DNA of 58,172 nucleotides from Candidatus Thorarchaeota archaeon (GTDB taxonomy: Archaea; Asgardarchaeota; Thorarchaeia; Thorarchaeales; Thorarchaeaceae): NCBI GenBank assembly GCA_048882385.1, contig JBHLRQ010000007.1, positions 1 through 58,172 of the forward strand. Direction: 5' to 3'. Below the pieces are notes generated by a model. It worked only from the letters and a program-made list of their open reading frames with translations, was not told the DNA's origin and did no database searches. Position 1 is the stretch's first letter; every line of letters begins with the position of its first letter. Position numbers and translations under genes: made by a program. Positions 9,388-18,427 of the stretch are shown piece after piece.

Positions 9388-11601
9388 TCAGGTTCTTTTG
9401 TAGATCCATCTGTTCCAGGAGCTCAGACTTGGCAGTTCTTCAGGCATTTCCTTTCTCTTCCGGATTTCGAGTATGATCTCTTCTTGAAGGTTAGATGGGA
9501 GAGGTTCGAAGCCCCGGAACTCATAGCCAAAGAAGCTGCGTCCAGCTGTAGCGCTTCGGAATTCATCAGCAATTCCTATTGTTTCAGCAGTGGGGAGTGT
9601 GCCTTTCACCGTGACAGCGTCTTCCTCGCCTTCTATTGTGACAATTTGACCTCTGTGACCAGTTAAGACTTTGATCACGGATCCCTGTGTATCGGTTGGT
9701 GTCTTTATGTCAGTATTCAGAACAGGCTCGTAGAGACCTGGTCTCCCTGTAAGGAAACCCATATTCAATCCTGCACTCACCATTGTGGCAACCTCGTTGT
9801 AGCCGGTATGAGCAGGATCAGTATGGACAGTAGCATCGGTAAGGACTACCTTGACACCCATAACTGGTTCTTTTGCAATTGGACCGCTTTCAATGAATTC
9901 TCTGAAGGTTGTCTGCAAATAGGAGAAGATTCTATCAAATCTCTGCACACCACTCATTGCATCAACTAGCATTGAAGATTCATAGATGTCGAGAATCTTT
10001 CGAGCTTCCTTTGCATCCCATCCAGCTTCATCTCGAAGAATTGCTGCACGCTCTCTGTCAGGCATTTCAGCTGTAATTCTCTTCTTCTTGATGAGTTCAA
10101 CAGTTTTCTCGTCGAGTGGTTCAAGGTACATACGAATCCTGTTGTGTCCGTTTGGTGACTTTGTATGGAATTCATCACCACGTTCAGTCATCTTCTCTCG
10201 GTATACAATAATGGGTTCGGATACCTTAATCTTGACTTGCTCATTGATTCGTTTTGTAAGAATCTCAATCTGGAGAGGATCGATTCCATCCAGTCGGTAC
10301 TCACCAGACTCCTTGTCATGAAAGAATCTTGCAGTAGGATCAGCCATGATCCACTTTGAAACAACCTCACCAAGTTTAGCAATCTCTTGCGGGTCAATTG
10401 GTTTAATACTTCGACTTACAACAGGTTCGCTGACATACTCGATTGCCTCAAAGCCTTTCATATCGGAACCAGGAGCTACAAATGATTCTCCGCTTGGACA
10501 CATAAAACCAAAGACCGAGAACAGGTTGCCTGCTGGAACTTCGTCCATGTCCAGGATATCAGTGATCTCCTGAACACCAAGTCGCTTCACCTTAGCATTC
10601 TGCCTCATGTTGACAAGAGCAATCTCCTGGCCAGATTTTATTGTGCCAGAGAATACTCTCCCAATCAGAGTAGGTCTCTTGCTCTTTGGGTCTACGAAAA
10701 TTTTTGTAATCATCCCACAGAGCGGTCCCTTCGGATCAACATCAAGAAGCGCTTTGCCCTCAGGACTATCAAGCTCACCCTTCCAAATCCGGGGAATCTT
10801 GTACTTCTGGGCTTCCCTAGGATTTGGCAGGTGCTTCACAATCATCTCGAGGAGTGCATCATCAAGTGGCAGATTTTCTCGTAGCCATTTCTCATCACCC
10901 TCATTGTATTTCTCAAATACAACAATGGGCTTGATGTCCTTCTTCTCTAGTGTCTTCATTGTGAATGCCCATCCAGTCTTTGCGCTCCCTATTGCGACGC
11001 TTCCATCCTGGAAATTGACTTTCCAGTCTTTCCCGTAACCCTCAGGTGCGACCTTCTTGATCAGCTGGTTGACTTTTGCAATGATAATGTCAATACGCTC
11101 ATAGACCTTGGCTGGTGGAAGTTTGAGCTCGTTGATAAGTCGGTCAACCTTGTTGATGAACAAGACAGGTTTGCATGCCTCGCCACCAACTGCTAGACGA
11201 ATATTCGTTTCAGTCTGGGTCATGACTCCCTCAAGAGCATCCACTAGAATGACTGCACCATCACTGGCACGTAGTGCCCTTGATACCTCACCTGTGAAGG
11301 AGAGATGTCCGGGAGTATCAGATAATTGGACTAGGTATTCTTCACCCTCGACCTCAAAGTTAAGCAGCACGACTGAAGTAAAGATTGTGATACCTCGCTC
11401 CTGCTCCTCTTCATCAGAGTCAGTCATCAATGCCTGTCCAGCAGCTGCGTCGGACATAAGACCAGCACGACGCATCAGATAGTCTGTTGTCGTGGTCTTT
11501 CCATGGTCAATATGCGCACTGATCGATATGATCCTCTTATGATCGTAATCGTCTGATAGGATGAGCCTCTTGATTGCATCTGGCTCTTTGATTTTAACCA
11601 T
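9388..11601 (-). CDS. fusA: Translation elongation factor 2 (aEF-2 family) with a variant diphthamide loop
   Basis: AHIDHGKTT, ERGITI, DTPGH, NKVD, GSA; KSPNGHNR; domain IV loop HTDPAHTG; 737 aa. Confidence 0.93.
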   Translation of the reverse strand: MVKIKEPDAIKRLILSDDYDHKRIISISAHIDHGKTTTTDYLMRRAGLMSDAAAGQALMTDSDEEEQERGITIFTSVVLLNFEVEGEEYLVQLSDTPGHLSFTGEVSRALRASDGAVILVDALEGVMTQTETNIRLAVGGEACKPVLFINKVDRLINELKLPPAKVYERIDIIIAKVNQLIKKVAPEGYGKDWKVNFQDGSVAIGSAKTGWAFTMKTLEKKDIKPIVVFEKYNEGDEKWLRENLPLDDALLEMIVKHLPNPREAQKYKIPRIWKGELDSPEGKALLDVDPKGPLCGMITKIFVDPKSKRPTLIGRVFSGTIKSGQEIALVNMRQNAKVKRLGVQEITDILDMDEVPAGNLFSVFGFMCPSGESFVAPGSDMKGFEAIEYVSEPVVSRSIKPIDPQEIAKLGEVVSKWIMADPTARFFHDKESGEYRLDGIDPLQIEILTKRINEQVKIKVSEPIIVYREKMTERGDEFHTKSPNGHNRIRMYLEPLDEKTVELIKKKRITAEMPDRERAAILRDEAGWDAKEARKILDIYESSMLVDAMSGVQRFDRIFSYLQTTFREFIESGPIAKEPVMGVKVVLTDATVHTDPAHTGYNEVATMVSAGLNMGFLTGRPGLYEPVLNTDIKTPTDTQGSVIKVLTGHRGQIVTIEGEEDAVTVKGTLPTAETIGIADEFRSATAGRSFFGYEFRGFEPLPSNLQEEIILEIRKRKEMPEELPSLSSWNRWIYKRT

Positions 11602-11659
11602 CAGGATGTCTCCTTGTTATTGAATTTGTGTTCCCTCATCTTATTGTACGATAGCATAT

Positions 11660-11722
11660 CCCCAACTGCGAATATTAACACGAGAGAACTCGTCGGGGTC
11701 ACCAGCGGCCTCACCGGTGGCT
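11660..11722 (-). promoter_or_regulatory. GC-rich structured 5' leader of EF-2
   Basis: TTTTAAT box at 11745-11751 (minus). Hairpins CACCGG/CTGGTG (11719-11700) and ACGAG/CTCGT (11693-11680); CCCC/GGGG pairing 11698-11660. Confidence 0.45.
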
Positions 11723-11847
11723 TGCGCGACCTCGCGAATGGATGATTAAAAGTATTTCGTCATGGACTCTCTTTACTCAAAAATAGGAGAACTGGATTCA
11801 CAAAGACCAGTTTTCATAGGATTCTTTGTTCTTCAATAGAAGACACA

Positions 11848-12636
11848 TCAGCGTTTCGCAATGACTATCATCCGCTCCGAGTTTGCGGCATAAGGAAGTC
11901 TTGGTAGCTTGGCGTGACCATAGAGTTCAATCTTCTTGAATCCGACTTCTTCAAGCATCTCTCGAATCTCAAGAGCAGTGTACATCCGAATATCATTATT
12001 TGAGAGAGCATCTTGGTCCATCAATACTATGCGATCATTCTCAGTGTCGATGAAAATTGCAGGTCGACCAGTTAGAACACCTGCAGGTGCGTCAAGCACA
12101 TGGGGTTCATTAAGTAGATATCCACCTTCAAGGGGCGTCCATGTCCGCTGAAACTTTGGCAAGTTGTATGGATTCATTAGGTCGATGAGAAAATGTCCAC
12201 CTTTTTTCAGAGAGTGATGGGCGCCTTTTAGAACACTCTTGTTTTCATCATGATTGAAGAAGCCAAAGCTGTGGCTGAGTAGAACAGCAGCGTCGAACTG
12301 AGAGTCGAACTTCATTTTCCTCATATCACCAGTGTGGAAATTAACCGATACATTGTTTGATTTCGCTTGATCCTTTCCTGCTTCGATAAGAATAGGGGCG
12401 ATGTCAAATGCAGTAACCTTGAGACCACGTTTTGCGAATTCAACTGATTGGTCGCCAGCTCCACAGGCGATGTCAAGAATCTCATCACCTTTCTTTAAGC
12501 CAAGAGCCTCCATACAGAATTCGCCAATCAGACTATCATAGTGTTCAATGCCGGGGATTGCCCGTCGATGTCGAATCCTGAAAATCTCAGCCCAGAACTC
12601 GTTCCAACCAAGCTCGACCTTTTCCATTGTTGGCAC
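11848..12636 (-). CDS. Class I SAM-dependent methyltransferase
   Basis: ILDIACGAG motif I, VTAFD, GDMRKM, SFGFF, LKKGG. Confidence 0.9.
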   Translation of the reverse strand: MPTMEKVELGWNEFWAEIFRIRHRRAIPGIEHYDSLIGEFCMEALGLKKGDEILDIACGAGDQSVEFAKRGLKVTAFDIAPILIEAGKDQAKSNNVSVNFHTGDMRKMKFDSQFDAAVLLSHSFGFFNHDENKSVLKGAHHSLKKGGHFLIDLMNPYNLPKFQRTWTPLEGGYLLNEPHVLDAPAGVLTGRPAIFIDTENDRIVLMDQDALSNNDIRMYTALEIREMLEEVGFKKIELYGHAKLPRLPYAANSERMIVIAKR

Positions 12637-12770
12637 GTCCTGATGTTGTGGAGTTTCTCTCGGATATGAAGATTGTCATATTATTCTGAAAGCTTCTAAA
12701 GCTGAACAGTTCCGCAACTCAGGATCAACTAGGGTTCAAGATAGTATCTGAATAGAGGATAATGAGAATT

Positions 12771-12866
12771 TGGAGAGAGTCCGCAGAAATTTCCTTCTCC
12801 GCCGGGAGGGACGCAGTAAAACAGGAAAACTCGAAATGAGCATAACCTGCGGATTCTTTCTCCACC
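12771..12866 (-). ncRNA. Candidate ~95 nt stand-alone small RNA with a long terminal stem
   Basis: 12771-12786 pairs imperfectly with 12847-12864. Two internal mini-hairpins and a U-rich linker. TTTATA box (12888-12893, minus) lies ~24 nt upstream of the stem start. Confidence 0.5.
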
Positions 12867-13158
12867 TGAAGTGGAGGTAAGTTCACCTATAAATGTATAG
12901 GTCCCAGTAAAAAAGTACAAGCTTTAGCAATTATCGCAATTTTTTTCGATATTTCGATTTTACATTGCTAAGCATGTTTTTTTGAGCGAAGTTTCGATTT
13001 TGACTCCGATTTTTCGAAGTCAAGACGACAATTTGTGTATAAGCCCATAGTTTTCAGATGACGAACCCAAGGAAATAAACACACCAAGCAATTTGAGCTT
13101 GCAACTTTGAAAAATCCACATTTTTAATAGACGGATTTCTGCTGATTAAAATGGGGAA

Positions 13159-13806
13159 GTGATACTGACGCTTGAGGATTCAATTACTGATGAGTCAGGA
13201 ATCCATCACAGAGAATTGATTATGGTTGGAATTGTTGGTATTGTAGGTCAAATAGTGTGGCACAACTTGTATTGGCTCACAGCCATCCTGTACGGGGATA
13301 TAGCTAGTATGATATGGATTTCAACACCTCTGTTTTATCCTCTTACCATATCATTGGATCTGTTATTTGGTTTGGGTCTGATGGGGGTTTTGTGGAAGTA
13401 CAAGAGCAGATTGGCATTTCCAATACTCATCATACAGATTTCACCATCCCTCCTTCTGTTGCCAATTACTTTTTTCTTTGGACTTCTTGCAAGATTGGTT
13501 TTTCAATATACAATAACACTTGTTGTTGCTTTCCTTTTGTATACAGTTAGAGATCAGGCTGAAATTCAAGGGCTCTTAGTCAGCTCATGTGTCATGATGG
13601 TTCTCAGTTCTTTCATACCTTCAATGATCAATTCAATGCTGTATATGTTGAATCCCTTTTACGCCTACGTAGTCATCTGGGATTTTTACTGGATACTGGT
13701 TCTCCTTTTCTTCCTATCAGAGCTAGGTGTTAATGTCCTGAGGAAAATTGAAGTGATAGATGATTATCCGAGATCACCAACATATGGAAAAGGAGATGAG
13801 TGGTAG
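13159..13806 (+). CDS. Hypothetical multi-pass membrane protein
   Basis: About 6 hydrophobic segments; the last two codons overlap the 3' end of tRNA-Gln on the opposite strand. Confidence 0.7.
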   Translation: MILTLEDSITDESGIHHRELIMVGIVGIVGQIVWHNLYWLTAILYGDIASMIWISTPLFYPLTISLDLLFGLGLMGVLWKYKSRLAFPILIIQISPSLLLLPITFFFGLLARLVFQYTITLVVAFLLYTVRDQAEIQGLLVSSCVMMVLSSFIPSMINSMLYMLNPFYAYVVIWDFYWILVLLFFLSELGVNVLRKIEVIDDYPRSPTYGKGDEW

Positions 13807-13876
13807 TCCCGCCAGGATTTGAACCTAGGTCCGGTGGGCCAGAACCACCGATGCTTGGCCACTACACCACGGGACT
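13801..13876 (-). tRNA. tRNA-Gln (anticodon CTG), CCA encoded, no intron
   Basis: Reverse complement AGTCCCG-TGGTGTAGTGGCCAAGCATC-GGTGG-TT-CTG-GC-CCACC-GGAC-CTAGG-TTCAAAT-CCTGG-CGGGACT-A-CCA folds as a cloverleaf. Confidence 0.97.
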
Positions 13877-13983
13877 ATCAGTGTGACCCCGGAAATGCTC
13901 AGTGCATTTTTCATCTTTTCGGTCCTCTGATGCATGACGGCTTGTTTATTAGACTGCATGTATCTTGCCAATCCGAGCAAGCT

Positions 13984-14718
13984 ATGCCATTTTGGTCGGA
14001 ATTGACTCATGAAGGTTTCAAGAAAACAGCAAGAGAAACCGAGATTGTTGTCATGGTCACCGGAGCTGTTGAAGCACATGGAAAACACCTACCGCTTGGT
14101 ACGGATATCATTCTTCCCACCTTTTTAGCTGAGAAGGTTGCTAATAAGACAAAGGCTCTTGTCTTACCTACAATTCCGTTTGGCGAGAGTTGGGATTTCA
14201 ACAAATTTGAGGGGACAATTTCAATTCATCCAGGAGCACTGGTTGACTTCTATGTTTCAGTTTTGAAAGGCATTTTCAAACACGGATTTAGATACATAGT
14301 TGTCCTCAATGGACATGGGGGAAATGCTCCAATTATCGAACAAGCTGCAAAGACTGCTACGAAGAAAGGTCAGAGAGTCGTTATCATTGTGAATTGGTGG
14401 AGAGATCTTGCTAAAACAGCAAGAAAGTTAGTAGAAGAAACTCCTGGTGGACATGGGGCGGAGGATGAAACTTCGGAGGTCCTGTTTGTACGACCTGATC
14501 TTGTTGATATGTCCGTTGCAGAAGCACACCGAGTCGAAACACGATTCGAAATTATATCTGGAACCTATCACGAGGAACTCCTTCCTTCAGCAATGTTTGG
14601 AGATCCAAAGAGAGCAACTGAAGAAAAAGGGAAACTAATCATGGAACGAGCTGAAGAGGAAATCATTGAACTAATCAAACAGCTAGAGCGTGGTCAGCTT
14701 CCTATCGAGAAGAGCTAG
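13984..14718 (+). CDS. Creatininase / creatinine amidohydrolase family protein (start corrected to ATG 13984)
   Basis: GAVEAHGKHLPLGTD, NGHGGN, HGAEDETS. The longer listed ORF overlaps the tRNA and is not credible. Confidence 0.88.
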   Translation: MPFWSELTHEGFKKTARETEIVVMVTGAVEAHGKHLPLGTDIILPTFLAEKVANKTKALVLPTIPFGESWDFNKFEGTISIHPGALVDFYVSVLKGIFKHGFRYIVVLNGHGGNAPIIEQAAKTATKKGQRVVIIVNWWRDLAKTARKLVEETPGGHGAEDETSEVLFVRPDLVDMSVAEAHRVETRFEIISGTYHEELLPSAMFGDPKRATEEKGKLIMERAEEEIIELIKQLERGQLPIEKS

Positions 14719-15539
14719 ATACCCACCTTGAAAATAAGGGCGTCTCTAAGCACTCGTTGGAACATTCTCAACAGATTCTTACCTTCAGTAGATATAGTAT
14801 CAAAAACAGGATAGCCTTCAAGATCAAGCATCTGAATCATGTAATCAACAGGTAATGCGTTTGGAAGGTCTCTCTTGTTTAATGAAATGATTATTGGTAA
14901 TGTAGCCATTCGATCTGTACCCAAAGCAATCCTCAGTTCCTGAATAGATGCCAGGTTTTCGTTCATCTGCTCAGGTGTAGAATCGGCCATGAAGATGATT
15001 CCATCACAGTCACGAAGTACTTTGATTCGCTGGCTAGCGTGTCGTCGCTGTCCTGCAACAGTGAAGACATCGAATACAATTCTCTCACTTGCTGTTACAG
15101 GTACAAAGTCGAAGAAGGTTGTTCGACCAAGTTCATCAGAGATTTCAATAATCTTGCCCTTTGCCAGAGATCTAACGTTGGCAAATAACCATCGGAGTGC
15201 GGTGGTCTTTCCTCCGAGTGATGGACCATAGAATACAATTTTGATGTGGACTCGACCAAGCTCATCTCGTTTGAGAACATGGCCAGGAACGATTTCAGAA
15301 GCCTTCTGTGGCTTGATAAGGGCTTTTCTTGCAAGGTCAGCAGTTGTTTGAGGATCAATACGGACCTCTTCAGTCGATGCGACCAGCCGACCCATTGATA
15401 CTGCACCGGGTTCAGTACCTAGAGGTCTCTCAGGAGGGACAGTGATATCCTCACTCACTCTGACTGGGAGCTCCTCTTCCTCTTTCGGCTTCTTCCTACG
15501 TCCGGTTAATCTGCGGAACACAGACAAACGCCTCTCCAA
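14715..15539 (-). CDS. MglA-like small GTPase with an N-terminal extension
   Basis: KIVFYGPSLGGKTT, RTTFFDF, TVAGQ, NKRDL, characteristic of the MglA family. Confidence 0.85.
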   Translation of the reverse strand: MERRLSVFRRLTGRRKKPKEEEELPVRVSEDITVPPERPLGTEPGAVSMGRLVASTEEVRIDPQTTADLARKALIKPQKASEIVPGHVLKRDELGRVHIKIVFYGPSLGGKTTALRWLFANVRSLAKGKIIEISDELGRTTFFDFVPVTASERIVFDVFTVAGQRRHASQRIKVLRDCDGIIFMADSTPEQMNENLASIQELRIALGTDRMATLPIIISLNKRDLPNALPVDYMIQMLDLEGYPVFDTISTEGKNLLRMFQRVLRDALIFKVGI

Positions 15540-15638
15540 AACTTACGACGCGTATACTGGTCTTAAATCTTCGGGGGACTTTATCCTCAGGTTCTGGACA
15601 CGAACTTTATCTGTTGGAGGCATCTCGAAATAGGTATT

Positions 15639-16763
15639 ATGACTGAATTGATTGACCCGGAATTTGTCGCAAAGCTATGGCCCACTCTTTGTGAGATGAC
15701 ATACATCAATAATGCTGCGACAGGAATCCCACCACTGAACACATTCGATGTGATGAGGGAGTACCTGGATAATAAAGCAAGATCAATTGGCACATTCAAG
15801 GAAACTCTAGAGAACCTCAAAGAAATCCGACAACTCCTGGCACAGCTCCTTGGAGGAGATTACAGCCAGTATGCTTTCGTGCCCAGTACAAGTTCTGGCA
15901 TCAACTCCTTAGCTCACAGTATCAATTATCCAGCGGGGTCAAACATTGTGCTATGCGACTTGGAGTTTCCAGCAAACTATGTTCCATGGCAGAATGTCAG
16001 CAAACTCTATGACGTTGAGTTACGAGTTGTGAAGTCTGTTGAGGGAGCTGTTTCGCTTGATGCCTTCAAAGAGCAGATTGACGAGAATACTAAGGTTGTT
16101 GCAGTGAGTCAAATTCAGTTTGGAACAGGATTCCGTGCAGACTTAGAGGGGTTGGTCAAAGTTACTCATGATAGTGGTGCAATATTATTAGTTGACATCA
16201 TTCAAGCTGCGGGTTGCTTCGAAACTGATCTTGCCAAACTAGGAGTTGACTTTGCTACAGGTCAGTCTGCGAAGTGGTTACTTGGACCAATTGGTGCTGG
16301 ATATATTTTCGTCAGTAGTTCAATAATGGATAAAGTACAACCTCGTTTTTTGGGTTGGTGGGGTGTTGAACAGATCATGGAGTTCGGATATTTTGAGAGA
16401 ATTCCCCTTTCTGATGCAAGAAAGTTCCAAGTTGGTTCTCCAGCCATGATATCGTATGTAGGACTCTTGGAATCGCTGAAGACACTGCTTAAGATTCCTG
16501 GGAAGAAACGTGAACAGGTTGCTATGAACAATGCAGATTATCTGAGAAAGAGATTGGTAGAAATTGATATTCCATTTTATGAGTTTGGTCCAAATCATAA
16601 TTCTGCGACAGTATCTTGTGAACCGCCTGATGTTGAGAAACTACATGAAGAACTGGTCAAGAAGAAAGTCTTTTGTTCAGTGCGAAATGGACGCCTAAGA
16701 GTTTCGCCGCATTTCTATAACAGTCATGAGGACATCGATACCCTAATCAAATTCATGGAGTGA
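15639..16763 (+). CDS. Class V PLP aminotransferase (cysteine desulfurase / selenocysteine lyase-like)
   Basis: YINNAATG, EFPAN, VDIIQAAG, SAKWLLGP (PLP Lys), RVSPHFYN. Confidence 0.85.
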   Translation: MTELIDPEFVAKLWPTLCEMTYINNAATGIPPLNTFDVMREYLDNKARSIGTFKETLENLKEIRQLLAQLLGGDYSQYAFVPSTSSGINSLAHSINYPAGSNIVLCDLEFPANYVPWQNVSKLYDVELRVVKSVEGAVSLDAFKEQIDENTKVVAVSQIQFGTGFRADLEGLVKVTHDSGAILLVDIIQAAGCFETDLAKLGVDFATGQSAKWLLGPIGAGYIFVSSSIMDKVQPRFLGWWGVEQIMEFGYFERIPLSDARKFQVGSPAMISYVGLLESLKTLLKIPGKKREQVAMNNADYLRKRLVEIDIPFYEFGPNHNSATVSCEPPDVEKLHEELVKKKVFCSVRNGRLRVSPHFYNSHEDIDTLIKFME

Positions 16764-16767
16764 TTCT

Positions 16768-17448
16768 ATGTTAGACAAAATAACAGACAATGTCTATTTC
16801 ATTATGAGCCGATCTTTTGATTCAAATATCATTTACATCAAATCAGGAGACTACGAGGTATTAGTAGATGCAGGTACTGGTTTGTATTCCTCCAATCTGG
16901 ACAAGGATCTTCAAACTCAGGAATCATCGATTCACGAAATTACTGATATTGTCCTAACTCATTGTCATATTGACCATATCGGAGGGGTCATTCCCATCCT
17001 CGAAACAGGCTCTCCAAAGTTGTATCTGCATAAGGCAGAAGCTGAAAACATCAATAGTGGAGATATGTCTCAAACACTTGGAGATACATTTGGTGCCGAC
17101 CTGCCTCCCTTCAAGATTGATACTATGCTAAATGAGGGAGATGTGATTGATTTTGGTGATGTGAAACTGAAAGTGTTTCACACCCCTGGACATTCTTCAG
17201 GAAGTATAACGATGGAAATCATAGATACCGGGATTCTGATAACCGGTGACACCCTCTTTCCGGGAGGAAGTTTCGGAAGAACAGACTTTCCTGACGGAGA
17301 TTCATCGAAACTTGTTGATTCACTCAAAAGAATCTCCGAAATGGATTTTGAGATTGGTCTACCAGGACATATGAATGCAATGAAGTTTAATGCAAAACGC
17401 TCAGCTTTGTCATCATACAATATGGCAAAGAATTGGTTCAGGATGTAG
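16768..17448 (+). CDS. MBL-fold metallo-hydrolase (glyoxalase II-like)
   Basis: THCHIDHIG, HTPGHS, TGDTLF, PGH. Confidence 0.9.
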   Translation: MLDKITDNVYFIMSRSFDSNIIYIKSGDYEVLVDAGTGLYSSNLDKDLQTQESSIHEITDIVLTHCHIDHIGGVIPILETGSPKLYLHKAEAENINSGDMSQTLGDTFGADLPPFKIDTMLNEGDVIDFGDVKLKVFHTPGHSSGSITMEIIDTGILITGDTLFPGGSFGRTDFPDGDSSKLVDSLKRISEMDFEIGLPGHMNAMKFNAKRSALSSYNMAKNWFRM

Positions 17449-18427
17449 TAATAGTTTGAACTAATTCTTCTACCTCAAGTATGTCAGAATCTGAAACCGT
17501 TCCTCCAGTGGAGAGATATTTGGCTTCAATCGCTTTGACTAGCGCATAGACTGACTCGCTAGAAGGTGTATCAATTCCAAGCTCCTTGGCAAGACGAATC
17601 ACTTCACCAGTAATCGAATCTATTTCGGTCCTTTTGCCAGCCCTAAGATCTTGGAGCATTGAATTGATATTATCACCTGTTGCTTTTGCAGTTCCTAGTG
17701 CATATCTGACTGGATCATCAGTTGTAAGTTCAATTCCTAGAGCCTCGACTACTTGTACCGCCTCTTTAACTAACCGCACTACTAGGCCACGAAGTGCTTT
17801 ATTTCCATAGACCTCACCATTGCTAAATCCAGTGAGCGCACCAACTGGATTAATACCACAGTTAACGAGAGTCTTTGTCCAGACTACTCCCTCGATGTTG
17901 TCACTGGACCGCACATCAAAACCAACATCTCGAAGCATATCAACAAGTTGTTCGACAAATGGATAATTTTCAGGATATCGAGACCCAATCTCTGTAAGTC
18001 CACATCCTGTTGCTTGAACAAGTCCAGGTGTTTCCTGCAGTGCGCCCATGCATGTTGTTGCTCTCAGGACTTTTGTTGTATTTAGGTTATCAGCGACAAG
18101 CTGCTCAGTTCCAAGTCCGTTTTGAATGAGCAAGACGTAGGCACCTGTATCAATCAGATGTTTTGCACTGCGTGCGGCTGTTATAGTATCATAAGTCTTC
18201 GTTGTGATAATAACAAGGTCAGCTTTCAAAACCTCTTGAGCACGGCTTATTGCTTTTAGATGGAATAGGTGGCTTCCCAGAACACCTTCAATCTTCAGAC
18301 CATGAGATTGGATAGCAGCAATGTGAGGATTTCTACCAACTAGAATGACCTCGTTGTCCCTGTACTTACTCAAGAAGGCACCGTACAAGCTTCCTATTGC
18401 TCCTGATCCCACAATCACTATTTTCAC
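17438..18427 (-). CDS. panE: Ketopantoate reductase
   Basis: GSGAIG, QNGLG, WTKTLVN, NSMLQD, TEIDSITG; clustered with PoK and PPS. Confidence 0.92.
   Translation of the reverse strand: MKIVIVGSGAIGSLYGAFLSKYRDNEVILVGRNPHIAAIQSHGLKIEGVLGSHLFHLKAISRAQEVLKADLVIITTKTYDTITAARSAKHLIDTGAYVLLIQNGLGTEQLVADNLNTTKVLRATTCMGALQETPGLVQATGCGLTEIGSRYPENYPFVEQLVDMLRDVGFDVRSSDNIEGVVWTKTLVNCGINPVGALTGFSNGEVYGNKALRGLVVRLVKEAVQVVEALGIELTTDDPVRYALGTAKATGDNINSMLQDLRAGKRTEIDSITGEVIRLAKELGIDTPSSESVYALVKAIEAKYLSTGGTVSDSDILEVEELVQTITTS

Noticed and set aside
12729-12920. 63-aa minus-strand ORF across the sRNA candidate
   Set aside because: Weak start, non-protein-like composition, and it spans the predicted TATA box.
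12900-13150. AT-rich tract with repeated TTTCGA as a replication origin or CRISPR leader
   Set aside because: No ORB consensus, no cdc6/orc1, and no regularly spaced repeats or cas genes.
13819-13983. N-terminal 55-aa extension of the creatininase ORF
   Set aside because: It overlaps tRNA-Gln on the opposite strand; family-like sequence starts at ATG 13984.
15639-16763. Specific assignment as the selenocysteine lyase feeding SelD
   Set aside because: No obvious catalytic Cys loop motif (RxGxHC or SGSAC) and it lies 12 kb from selD; only the family-level call is supportable.
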